From positions 62,001-126,000 of the forward strand of contig NIVC01000763.1 of assembly GCA_002269645.1 (NCBI GenBank): a DNA stretch of 64,000 nucleotides. Reading direction: 5' to 3'. Within the stretch, counting starts at the first letter, position 1; every line of letters begins with the position of its first letter. This document shows, piece after piece, positions 1-11,619 of the stretch. Below the pieces are notes generated by a model. That model searched no databases. It had not been told where the DNA came from and was given only the letters and a program-made list of their open reading frames with translations. Both the position numbers and the translations under genes were made by a program. This DNA comes from Macrostomum lignano. Lineage: Eukaryota.

Positions 1-344
1 GTTCAGGATTAGAAAGAGCATTAGGTTCAGTATTACAACGGGATTAGGTTCAGCATTAGAATAACACTAGCAATCTAGCGCGGCCCCCCTTCGGGGCGCC
101 CAATAAGAAAGGAGCAAAAATAGTTCACGGAAAACAATAAAAAAGCACAGTTTCTTAAACACCAATTCCTTCTTCACTTTTAAAAATCACCTTAGCTTGT
201 ATTCGGGTAAAATTGTCACGGACAAAGATGTTTAAAAAGTGAAAGAATCACTTTTTCTCTAAAATTAACAAACAGACAACGAAATATAGCTTCCCCTAAA
301 TAGAAAATATTCCCAAGACAGCAAGCACCCCCCTCCAAAAGTAA

Positions 345-610
345 ACAACCGCAGATAGCAAGCATCCTCTAATGCTCATAGCAAGCATCACCCCAGATAG
401 CAAGCATCTGCAGATAGCAAGCACCCCCCAGATATTATCGAAGCATCCACATTAATAGCAAGCATCCTGCAGATAGCAAGAATCCCTAAATAGCAAGCAT
501 CCCTGGATAGAAAGAATCCCATACATGCAGCCAGTACCCCCCTCCCAAATAGCAAGTATCCCCCCTCGAGAGCAAGCATCCTCCAGATAGCAAGCATCCG
601 CGAGACAGCA
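345..610. repeat. Degenerate 18-bp minisatellite (GATAGCAAGCATCCCCCA)
   Basis: Repeated GATAGCAAGCATCC units; same family as 10970-11520. Confidence 0.85.
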
Positions 611-699
611 AGTAGCTAGTGCAAATGTTACCTCCGCTAATGCAATAATCGCTTTCTCAGGTTGTGCAACAATCCACGTCTCAGTGAGCGCAATAATCT

Positions 700-1590
700 C
701 TTTTAGACAGCGCAATAATCAGCTTCTCAGCTAGTGCAATAATCCTTTACTAATCAAGTCCAAAAATCGATGTCTCAGCTAGTGCAATAGCCCTTTCTAA
801 TCTAGTGCAATAATCCTTGGCTTATCGAGTGCAATAATCATTGGCTTATCAAGTGCAATAATCCTTGGTTTATCAAGCGCAGTAATCCTTGGCTTATCAA
901 GTGCAATAATCCTTGGTGTATCAAATGCAATAATCTTTGGCTTATCAAGTGCAACAATCTTTGGTTTATCAAGCGCAGTAATCTTTGGCTTATCAAGTGC
1001 CAAGCTTATCAAGCGCAGTAATCCTTTGTTTGCCAAGCGCAGTAATCCTTGGTTTATCAAGTGCAGTAAGCCTTGGTCTATCAAGTGCAGTAATCGTTGG
1101 TCTATCAGGTGCAGAAATCATTGGTTTATCAAGTGCAGTAATTCTTGGTATATAAACTGCAGTAATCCTTGGTCTAACAAGTGCAGTAAGTCTTGGTTTA
1201 TCAAGTGCAGTAATCCTTGGTTTATCAAGTGCAATAAACCTTGGTTTATCAAGCGCAGTAATCTTTGGCTTATCAAGTGCAATAATCCTTGGTTTATCAA
1301 GCGCAGTAATCCTTGGCTTATCGAGTGCAATAATCCTTGGCTTATCAAGTGCAATAATCCTTGGCTTATCAAGTGCAATAATCCTTGGCTTATCAAGTGC
1401 AATAATCCTTGGTTTATCAAGTGCAGTAATCCTTGGCCTATCAAGTGCAATAATCCTTGGTTTATCAAGTGCAATAATCCTTGGTTTATCAAGTGCAATA
1501 ATCCTTGGTTTATCAAGTGCAGTGATCCTTGGCCTATCAAGTGCAATAATCCTTGGTTTATCAAGTGCAATAATCCTTGGTTTACAATCC
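700..1590. repeat. 24-bp minisatellite (TCAAGTGCAATAATCCTTGGTTTA)
   Basis: Direct tandem units, visible as an 8-aa periodicity (LDKPRIIA / KCNNPWFI) in three frames. Confidence 0.95.
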
Positions 1591-1670
1591 ATAACCTAGG
1601 TCTTTTTAATTAGTTTTTTAATAAAAGCTTTCAATAAAAAATTTATGCTACTTTTATTCTTTTATACACT

Positions 1671-1740
1671 ACTAAGATTCGAACCCAGGTAGCTGCATTA
1701 TCAGTCCAGTTTGTTTACATCTAGGCTAGCTCTCATTGAA
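1671..1740 (-). other. tRNA-derived (Pol III A/B-box) module inside H1
   Basis: Minus strand reads TAGCCTAGATGTAAAC...CTGGACTGATAATGCAG...CTGGGTTCGAATCTTAG, with a B-box GGTTCGAAT and a T-arm. There is no acceptor stem, so it is not a functional tRNA. Confidence 0.7.
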
Positions 1741-2263
1741 ATTATAAATGAATTTGTAGCACTTATAATTCAACACTCACACCAAGTCAATTGAGTAAAA
1801 GTTACACGAGGCAGTTATGACATAATCAATTTCTTAGGCAAGTCAGTACCAGTGTCTATGAAAGTTAACAATATGGTTACGTAATATAAATTCAGTACTA
1901 CGCTATGCTTTCACACTCAAAGCTGTGACGCAATTCAATTGAGTGTCAAATTCAGCCAGTACACAGATGATAAATAAAGTGTATTGTGATGCAATCTATT
2001 TCAGAATCAGAATTCAACCAGTCAGTTTTTCTGCTAGCATTCTTACAATGCATTTCAAGTCGAAAGAGCTGCTTGACCTTTGCAAAAAAGCATGTTTTTC
2101 GAATATTTAATCTCTTTAATATTGAGCAATTTCTTAGCCAAGATGCATGTACCGTCACGGAAAAATTTCTGATCGAACAGTGCAAGTTCGAACAAAATCG
2201 GTCCAGCCATTTTTTGTCTAATCGATCACATAGACACAGACAGACCATTTTTAGTATATACGA

Positions 2264-3784
2264 GTGGAACTCCTCCTTCGGAGGAGAAAGGGGAAGAACT
2301 CCCATCACCGGAATTCCATTCCCTGAAATATCCATCAACTGACATTCCATGTCTTGAACCCTATCTTCCAAATCGTCTCCAAATTCTTTACAAAACCTTT
2401 CAAAGACCATAGCTCAAAGACTCTCAAGTCTCTCATATCTCCTCTCTCCTCTCTTCACTGATATCGTGACTCTCTTCTCTCTCCTCTCTCTCATCTCATC
2501 TCTACCCCTACTCCCTTATTTGTCTCTTCTCCCTCGTCTTTCGTCTGTACCCTCTTCTGTCTCCTGTCTCCTGTCTCTTATCTCTCCCTCTTCTCTCCTC
2601 TCCTGTATGTCATCTCTAATCTCTCCTCTCTCATATCTACTCTCTTTTCTCTCCCATTGGAAGAACTCCTATCACCAGAATTCAATTCCCTGAACTTCAT
2701 TAGCTGAATTCCATGACCCGAGTTCCATCATCCAAGTCCTCTCCGAAGACAAAAGATCCTCTCCGTGAAACTGGACTCAATCGAAATTTACTTCGTCAGA
2801 CAGAACTCAACTCTCAGGATTCAGTGGCTAGGGTTAGGGTTAGGGTTAGAGTTACACACAGCTGCGTGTTGAAAGGCACCAATAATAAAAAATTGAACTA
2901 TTTAAAGCAACAGATTGAGCAATCGATTTCTCAGTCAGCCAGTATCAGTCTCAGTTCAAGTTAGCAAAATGATTGCGCAATTTAAATCAACCATCCAATA
3001 CACAGCGACCGCCCCCCCCTTCCAATACGCAGTGGCAAGTAGACGTTGAACCCCCCAACTTTATCTCTGACCTGTCGCAAAAATAAGTACAATCTTTGCA
3101 AAAGTATGGAAATCGTTTTTTGAATGCTGTATTTTTAGTTATTATCATATTTAAAGCAAACAACTTATATCCCCGAACTCAGCGCTGCAAGCTCTTTCCA
3201 GCAATAAAAGTCTCGTCTCTCAAAGTTCAAAAATCGAGCAACAGTTAGCGTTTGAAACTTTCTGATTTAAAGCATTGAAATATCGAGTGTACGTTCACTG
3301 CCTGCAGCAGAGGGAGGCTCGCAAGTTTATTCATTGAATTTAACTGTCCAAAACTACACAGGGCAGCCTATTGAAAATCAGAACACAAATCGTTGCGCAA
3401 TTGTCTATCTATACAATCAGCCAGTGAGCTAGGGTCCGATTGTACACACGCAGCCACTGAGAATGCGACCATCCCCCCACTGGAGAGAAAATACACTGTA
3501 GAGATAGGAGACAGTTGTGGCGCAATCACTCAAAATTCATGCAAATTTTCAGCTCCAAGCAGAAAGAGGGGACAATTAAGATTATCAAAGGTCAAGACCA
3601 CCGTTTTCTGCTTTTTTAGGGATCTTAAAATGTAAAAATACAATATTAAAATAGCCTAAAGCCATCCTCGGTAAATTTGCAGTTTTCCAATATAAGTTTC
3701 AACGCTGAGTTGCAAGTATTCTAGGAGGAGTTATGCAACAGACAAACAAACACACAAACATCGCACCAACTTTAGTATATACGA
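2264..3784 (-). mobile_element. Helitron-like element H2
   Basis: 3' perfect hairpin CTCCTCC-GAA-GGAGGAG (2271-2287) followed by ...CTCG-T. Internal CT-rich tract and (TTAGGG)3. The 5' end has a (GTTT)n tract and TATATACTAAAGTTGGTGCG. Near-duplicate of H3. Confidence 0.6.
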
Positions 3785-5011
3785 GGCCAACTCCTCCTTC
3801 GGAGAAGAAAGGGGAAGAACTCCAATCAGCGGAATTCCATTCCCTGAACTCCATCAGCGGAATCCCATTTTCCAACACCTCTCCGCGCAACAGAAATCGT
3901 CTCCGTGAAACTGAACACTATCGAAATCCTCTCCGTGAAACTGAACACCATCGAAATATTCTCCGCGAAATAGAAATCCTCTCCGTGAAACTGGACTAAA
4001 TCGAAATTTCTACGTCAAATAGCCCAGCTCTCAGAATTCATTGGTTAGGGTTAGGGTTAGGGTTAGAGCTACACACAGCTGCGTGTTGAACGGCGCCGTA
4101 AAAACATTGAACCAATTAAATTGCGCAACTTATTTCTCAGGCAGTCAGTATCAGCCTCAGTTAAAGTTAACACAAAGATTGCGCAATCTAAATCAACCCT
4201 CCAATACACAGCAACCGACCCCCCTTCCAATACGCAGTGCAGCTAGAAATTGAACCCCCCCACCAACTATTGGGGGGTCGGTCGAACCCCCATTGAACTC
4301 CAAAATGAGAACAATCTTTGCAGAAAGCTAAAAGTATGAAAATCTTTTCTTGAATGCTGTGAATTTAATTTTCATATTTAAAGCAAAAAACTTATATCCC
4401 CGAACTCAGCGCTGCAAGCTCTTTCCAGCAATAAAAGTCTCGTCTCTCAAAGTTAAAAAATCGAGCAACAGTTAGCGTTTGAAACTTTCTGATTTTAAGC
4501 ATTGAAATATCGAGTGTACCTTCACTGCCTGCTAAAGATGCTCGCGAGTTTATGCATTAAAATGCACTGAATTTCACTGTGCAAAAAATACACAGGGCTT
4601 CCTGTTAAAAAACAGAACACAAATAGTTGCGCAATTGTCTATAAAGTCAGCCAGTGAGCCAGGGTCCGATTGTACACACGCCGCCAATGAGAACGCGCCC
4701 ATTCCCCCACAGGAGAGAAAATGCACTGGCGACATAGGAAAAAGTTGTGGCGTAATCACTCAAAATTTATGCCAATTTTCAGCTCCGAGCAGAAAAAGTG
4801 TCCAGAGAAGGTTAGGAAATCAGATTTCTGCTTTTTTAGGGATCTTAAAATTAAAAAATGAAAGATTAAAACAGCCTAAAGCCGATTCCGGAAAATTTGC
4901 AGTATTCCCATATAAGTTTCAACGCTGAGTTGCACGTAGTCTAGGAGGAGATATCCTACAAACAAACAGACAAACAAACAAACAAACAACGCACCAACTT
5001 TAGTATTAAGA
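3785..5011 (-). mobile_element. Helitron-like element H3
   Basis: Same 3' hairpin type as H2 (3791-3807), (TTAGGG)3 and a long shared core. 5' end TCTTAATACTAAAGTTGGTGCG-(TTTG)n at 5011. Confidence 0.65.
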
Positions 5012-6109
5012 CAGAGGAGGAGGAGGAGGAAGGAAGGAGGACTAGCAATCTACGCCCACCGTTGGGGAGCCAAAGAAATGCAATACACGTTTTTTTAATA
5101 AGCTACATGTATCCTTGAAATCTTAAAAAATATCCTGTCAAACCTTGTAAGCCTTGACATGTCAGTAATTCCCCCCCCCCCACAAGCTTTAACATATCAA
5201 CTTCCCCCTTGACATCTCAGCAATGCCCCCAATAAGCCTTGGAAATCTAAAAATATCTGTCAACCTTCTAACCCTAACCCTAGCCTAACCCTAACCCTAA
5301 CCCTAACCTAACATTGAAATTTCAGTAATTCTCTCTAAGAGTCATTATAGCACTACTACAGCATTATAGCGATTCCCTGCAAGCCTCGACATCGTAGGGA
5401 TTCCCAAATGAATCTCTTAACTTCGACATGAAGCTTCTTTTGTTTTTTACATTACACTTTTTTTATCAGCGATCCCTCCCCTGAGGAGGCATCAAATAAT
5501 GTAATAAAAAAGTTTTCAATAAACTACATGTAGCTTCTGACTTTAGCCTTGAAATCTAATTTATACCCCCGTGAGCCTTGACATCTCAGCTATTCCCCCC
5601 GTAAGCCTTAACATGTCAGCGATGGCCCCCATAAACCTTGAAATCTAAAAAATCCTCTGTTAACCTTGAAACCCGATAAAATATAACCCTCAACCCACAC
5701 CTGACCTAAACCTAACTTTAACCCAACCTAAAGCCTTGAAATCTCAGCAACTCTTCTCCCCTAAGCCTTGACATTTTAGTGATTCCTTCTTTAAGAATCA
5801 CAGCACTATAACGATTTCCACCAAGCTTTGACATCGTAGCCATTCCCAAATGAATCTTTTAACTTGAACATGACTTTTCTTTTATGTATACGTAGTGCTA
5901 CTTTTATTTTTTACATGACTCTGCTTCTATCAGCGCCCCCCCACCGTGGCGAGCCAACAAAGAATGCAATAAAAAAATTGAGTAAAGTACATTAACCTTG
6001 AAGTAGCTTCTGACTTTTGCTTTGACATCTAGAAACCCCCCTCCCGTAATCTCAGTTATTCTTTGAGAGCCTTTACGTCTCAGTTTTTCTCCCCAGCACA
6101 GCATTATAG

Positions 6110-9100
6110 CTGCATTTATTTTTACATGACACCCTTCATGTCTGACATGACGCTTCTTTTATTCTACCATGATGCTTCTTGATTTTTTAAATGACACTTT
6201 CATTAGTTTTTAAATGAGGCTCCTATGATTTTTTCATGACGCTTCTATGATTTTTACATGACGCTTCTACGATTTTTTACATGACGCTTCTATGATTTTT
6301 TTAATGACGCTTCTATGATTTTTACATGACGCTTCTGTGATTTTTTACATGACGCTTCTATGTTTTTTTACATGACGCTTCTATGATTGTTTACACGACG
6401 CTTCTATAATTTTTTACATTACGCTTCTATGATTGTTTACATGACGCTTCTTTTGATTTTTACATGACGCTTCGATAATTTTTTACATGACGCTTCTTTT
6501 GATTTTTACATGACGCTTCTATGATTTTTATATGACGCTTCTACGATTTTTTACATGACGCTTCTATGATTTTTTACATGACGCTTCTATGATTTTTTTA
6601 ATGACGCTTCTATGATTTTTAAATGACGCTTCTACGATTTTTTACGTGACGCTTCTATGATTGTTTACATGACGCTTCTATGATTGTTTACATGACGCTT
6701 CTATGTTTTTTTACATGACGCTTCTATGATTGTTTACACGACGCTTCTATGATTTTTTACATGACGCTTCTATGATTGTTTACATGACGCTTCTTTTGAA
6801 TTTTACATGACGCTTCTTTTATTCTTCCATGACGCTTCTATAATTGTTTACACGACGCTTCTATGACTTTTTACGTGACGCTTCTATGATTGTTTACATG
6901 ACGCTTCTTTTGATTTTTACATGACGCTTCTTTTATTCTTCCATGACGCTTCTATGATTTCTTAAATGACACTTCCATTAGTTTTTATATAAGGCTTCTA
7001 TGATTTTTTACATGACGCTTCTATGATTGTTTACATGACGCTTCTATGATTTTTTACATGACGCTTATATGATTTTTTACATGACGCTTCGATAATTTTT
7101 TACATGACGCTTCTATGATTGTTTACATGACGCTTCTTTGATTCTCTACATGACGCTTCTATGATTTTTTACATGACGCTTCTATGACTTTTTACATGAC
7201 GCTTCTATGATTTTTTACATGAAGCTTTTATGATTGTTTACATGACGCTTCTATGATTGCTTACATGACGCTTCTATGATTTTTACATGACGCTTCTATG
7301 ATTGTTTACATGACGCTTCTATGATTTTTTACATGACGCTTCCATGATTTTTTACATGACGCTTTTATGGTTGCTTACATGACGCTTCTATGATTTTTAC
7401 ATGACGCTTCTACGATTTTTTACATGACGCTTCTCTTATTTTTTACATGACGCTTCTATGATATTTTAAATGACGCTTCTATGATTTTTACATGACGCTT
7501 CTATAATTTTTTACATGGCGCTTCTATGATTGTTTACACGACGCTTCTATGACTTTTTACATGACGCTTCTATGATTGTTCACATGACGCTTCTTTTGAT
7601 TTTTACATGACGCTTCTTTTATTCTTTCATGACGCTTCTATGATTTCTTAAATGACACTTCATTAGTTTTTATATAAGGCTTCTATGATTGTTTACATGA
7701 CGCTTCTATGATTTTTTACAGGACGCTTCTATGATTTTTTACATGACGCTTCGATAATTTTTTACATGACGCTTCTATAATTGTTTACACGACGCTTCTA
7801 TGACTTTTTACGTGACGCTTCTATGATTGTTTACATGACGCTTCTTTTGATTTTTACATGACGCTTCTTTTATTCTTCCATGACGCTTCTATGATTTCTT
7901 AAATGACACTTCCATTAGTTTTTATATAAGGCTTCTATGATTTTTTACATGACGCTTCTATGATTGTTTACATGACGCTTCTATGATTTTTTACATGACG
8001 CTTATATGATTTTTTACATGACGCTTCGATAATTTTTTACATGACGCTTCTATGATTGTTTACATGACGCTTCTTTGATTCTCTACATGACGCTTCTATG
8101 ATTTTTTACATGACGCTTCTATGACTTTTTACATGACGCTTCTATGATTTTTTACATGAAGCTTTTATGATTGTTTACATGACGCTTCTATGATTGCTTA
8201 CATGACGCTTCTATGATTTTTACATGACGCTTCTATGATTGTTTACATGACGCTTCTATGATTTTTTACATGACGCTTCCATGATTTTTTACATGACGCT
8301 TTTATGGTTGCTTACATGACGCTTCTATGATTTTTACATGACGCTTCTACGATTTTTTACATGACGCTTCTCTTATTTTTTACATGACGCTTCTATGATA
8401 TTTTAAATGACGCTTCTATGATTTTTACATGACGCTTCTATAATTTTTTACATGGCGCTTCTATGATTGTTTACACGACGCTTCTATGACTTTTTACATG
8501 ACGCTTCTATGATTGTTCACATGACGCTTCTTTTGATTTTTACATGACGCTTCTTTTATTCTTCCATGACGCTTCTATGATTTCTTAAATGACACTTCAT
8601 TAGTTTTTATATAAGGCTTCTATGATTGTTTACATGACGCTTCTATGATTTTTTACAGGACGCTTCTATGATTTTTTACATGACGCTTCGATAATTTTTT
8701 ACATGACGCTTCTATAATTGTTTACACGACGCTTCTATGACTTTTTACGTGACGCTTCTATGATTGTTTACATGACGCTTCTTTTGATTTTTACATGACG
8801 CTTCTTTTATTCTTCCATGACGCTTCTATGATTTCTTAAATGACACTTCCATTAGTTTTTATATAAGGCTTCTATGATTTTTTACATGACGCTTCTATGA
8901 TTGTTTACATGACGCTTCTATGATTTTTTACATGACGCTTATATGATTTTTTACATGACGCTTCGATAATTTTTTACATGACGCTTCTATGATTGTTTAC
9001 ATGACGCTTCTTTGATTCTCTTTATGACGCTTCTATGATTTTTTACATGACGCTTCTATGACTTTTTACATGACGCTTCTATGATTTTTTACATGAAGCT

Positions 9101-10220
9101 TTTATGATTGTTTACATGACGCTTCTATGATTGCTTACATGACGCTTCTATGATTTTTACATGACGCTTCTATGATTGTTTACATGACGCTTCTATGATT
9201 TTTTACATGACGCTTCCATGATTTTTTACATGACGCTATTATGGTTGCTTACATGACGCTTCTATGATTTTTACATGACGCTTCTACGATTTTTTACATG
9301 ACGCTTCTCTTATTTTTTACATGACGCTTCTATGATATTTTAAATGACGCTTCTATGATTTTTACATGACGCTTCTATAATTTTTTACATGGCGCTTCTA
9401 TGATTGTTTACACGACGCTTCTATGACTTTTTACATGACGCTTCTATGATTGTTCACATGACGCTTCTTTTGATTTTTACATGACGCTTCTTTTATTCTT
9501 CCATGACGCTTCTATGATTTCTTAAATGACACTTCTATTAGTTTTTATATAAGGCTTCTATGATTTTTTACATGACGCTTCTATGATTGTTTACATGACG
9601 CTTCTATGATTTTTTACAGGACGCTTCTATGATTTTTTACATGATGCTTCAATAATTTCTACATGACGCTTCTATAATTGTTTACATGACGCTTCTTTGA
9701 TTCTCTACATGACGCTTCTATGATTTTTTACATGACGCTTCTATGATTGTTTTTAATGACGCTTCTATGATTTTTTACATGACGCTTCTACGATTTTTTA
9801 CATGACGCTTCTGCGATTTTTTACACGACGCTTCTATGATTGTTTACATGACGCTTCTATGATTTTTACATGACGCTTCTATGATTGTTTACATGACGCT
9901 TCTACGATTTTTTTTACATGACGCTTCTATGATTTTTACATGACGCTTCTATGATTTTTTAAATGACGCTTCTTTGATTTTTTACATGACGCTTCTATGA
10001 TTTTTTAAATGACGCTTCTATGATTTTTACACGACGCTTCTATGATTTTTACATGACGCTTCTACGATTTTTTACATGACGCTTCTATGATTTTTACATG
10101 ACGCTTCTATGATTGTTCACATGACGCTTCTATGATTTTTACATGACGCTTCTATGATTGTTTACATGACGCTTCTACGATTTTTTACATGACGCTTCTA
10201 TGATTTTTACAGGACGCTTC
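6110..10220. repeat. 22-24-bp satellite (ACATGACGCTTCTATGATTTTTT) with a 937-bp higher-order repeat
   Basis: Roughly 180 tandem units. The variant marker AAATGACACTT falls at 6964, 7650, 7901, 8587, 8838 and 9524 (alternating 686/251-bp spacing). Confidence 0.95.
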
Positions 10221-10284
10221 TTTTTAAAAAGTCTTTTAGTTTTCCAGACGTTGAAAAGCTTTAATCAAAAAAATTATACTCTAT

Positions 10285-10345
10285 GAAAATTCGAACCATC
10301 GTCTCTGCATTAAGCAGTTCAGTTTGTTCACCTCTAGGCTAGTTC
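10285..10345 (-). other. Degenerate tRNA-derived module inside H4
   Basis: Minus strand TAGCCTAGAGGTGAACAAACTGAACTGCTTAATGCAG...GGTTCGAATT, homologous to 1671-1740 and 13871-13935. Confidence 0.6.
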
Positions 10346-10969
10346 TTATCGTTTTGATAACATCAAATTTTGCACTTATATAATTCAACACTTTAAAATC
10401 CAAGCAGTTATGACATAATCAATATCCAGTCAGTCAGTATCAGTTAACAATATGGTTACGCAATCTAAATCAAGTCTGGTGCTACGCTTCCACACTGCAT
10501 TTTCAATTCAAGTCGGAGTTACAATTCAGTTATGATGCAATCTATTTCAGAATCAGAATTCAACCAGTCAGTTTTTTCTCTAGCATTCTTACAATGCATT
10601 TCAAGTCGAAAAGTTTGCTTGACCTTTGCAAAAAAGCATGTTTTTCGAATATTTAATGCCTTTAGCATCGAGCAATTTCTTAGCCACGATGCATGTACAG
10701 TCACGGGAAAATTTCTGATCGAACAGTGCAAGTTCGAACAAAATCGATCCAGCCATTTTTTCTCTAATCTATCACATATATATATATATATATATATAGA
10801 CATCACATTTTTAGTATATAGGACTAGCAATCTTCGCCCCCCGATGGGGGACATCTGGATAGAATCTCTGTTCTCTACAAGTAACAAAAAGACAGCCAAA
10901 AAATCCTTCACAAAGACAACAGACAAACTGCTCAAATGAAGTGAATTGCAATAAGAAATCTTCCCAAGA

Positions 10970-11520
10970 CCACAAGCATCCCCCAGATAGCAAGCATTCC
11001 CCAGATAGCAAGCATCCCTCAAATAGCAAGCATCCCCCAGATAGCAAGCATCCCCCAGATAGCAAGCATCCCCCAGATAGCAAACATCCCCCAGATAGCA
11101 AGCATTCCCCAGATAGCAAGCATTCCCCAGATAGCAAACATTCCCCAGATAGCAAGCATTCCCCAGATAGCAAGCATCCCTCAGATAGCAAGCATACCCC
11201 AAATAGCAAGCATCCCTCAGATAGCAAGCATCCCTCAGATAGCAAGCATCCCCCAGATAGCAAGCATCACTCAGATAGCAAGCATCCCTCAGATAGCAAG
11301 CATCCACCAGATAGCAAGCATCCCCCAGATAGCAAGCATCACTCAGATAGCAAGCATCCCTCAGATAGCAAGCATCCACCAGATAGCAAGCATCCCTCAG
11401 ATAGCAAGCATCCCCCAAATTGCAAGCATCGCCCAGATAGCAAGCATCCCCAGAAAGCAAGCATCCTCCAAATAGCAAGCATCCCCCAGATAGATAGCAT
11501 CCCCAAATAGCAACCATCCA
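10970..11520. repeat. 18-bp minisatellite (GATAGCAAGCATCCCCCA)
   Basis: About 30 tandem units; source of the DSKHPP / DACYLG pseudo-ORFs. Confidence 0.95.
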
Positions 11521-11619
11521 CCAGACAATAAGTAGCTAGAGCGACAATTTCCTTAGCTTTATAGTGGCTCCTTTAAATTGGCATGGCGCTTTATACCTTT
11601 ACATTTGAAATTGTATATC

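Larger units (their letters stand above)
67..2263 (-). mobile_element. Non-autonomous Helitron-type element H1 (core + tRNA-like module + 24-bp and 18-bp minisatellites)
   Basis: On the minus strand, the 3' end is a GC hairpin (plus 78-100) followed by CTAG (67-70) and then T. The 5' end is TC-GTATATACTAAAAA at ~2263. The ~550-bp core (1740-2260) is shared with 10340-10823 and 13940-14404. Confidence 0.7.
5042..10823 (-). mobile_element. Helitron-type element H4 carrying a 4.1-kb minisatellite
   Basis: 3' CTAG at 5042-5045 with an adjacent GC hairpin. 5' TCCTATATACTAAAAATGTGATG at 10823. Core shared with H1/H5; tRNA-like module at ~10285-10345. Confidence 0.7.

Noticed and set aside
640-715. 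IIALTETW, resembling the LINE APE-endonuclease motif
   Set aside because: It is a degenerate 8-codon unit of the adjacent array (IIALTETW/IVAQPEKA/IIALAEVT); no other endonuclease or RT motifs are nearby.
797-1613. Repeat ORFs (LDKPRIIA, KCNNPWFI, LHLINQGL)
   Set aside because: They are translations of a 24-bp array inside a transposon; several frames are open merely because the period is a multiple of 3.
1952-2410. Recurring ORFs in the Helitron core (also 10532-10939, 14089-14387, 20193-21212)
   Set aside because: Different frames and strands are open in different copies, and there is no Rep/helicase motif; best explained as non-coding element sequence.
10519-11517. DSKHPP / DACYLG ORFs as His-Pro-rich proteins
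   Set aside because: An 18-bp array within H5, open on both strands, with no splice or expression evidence.
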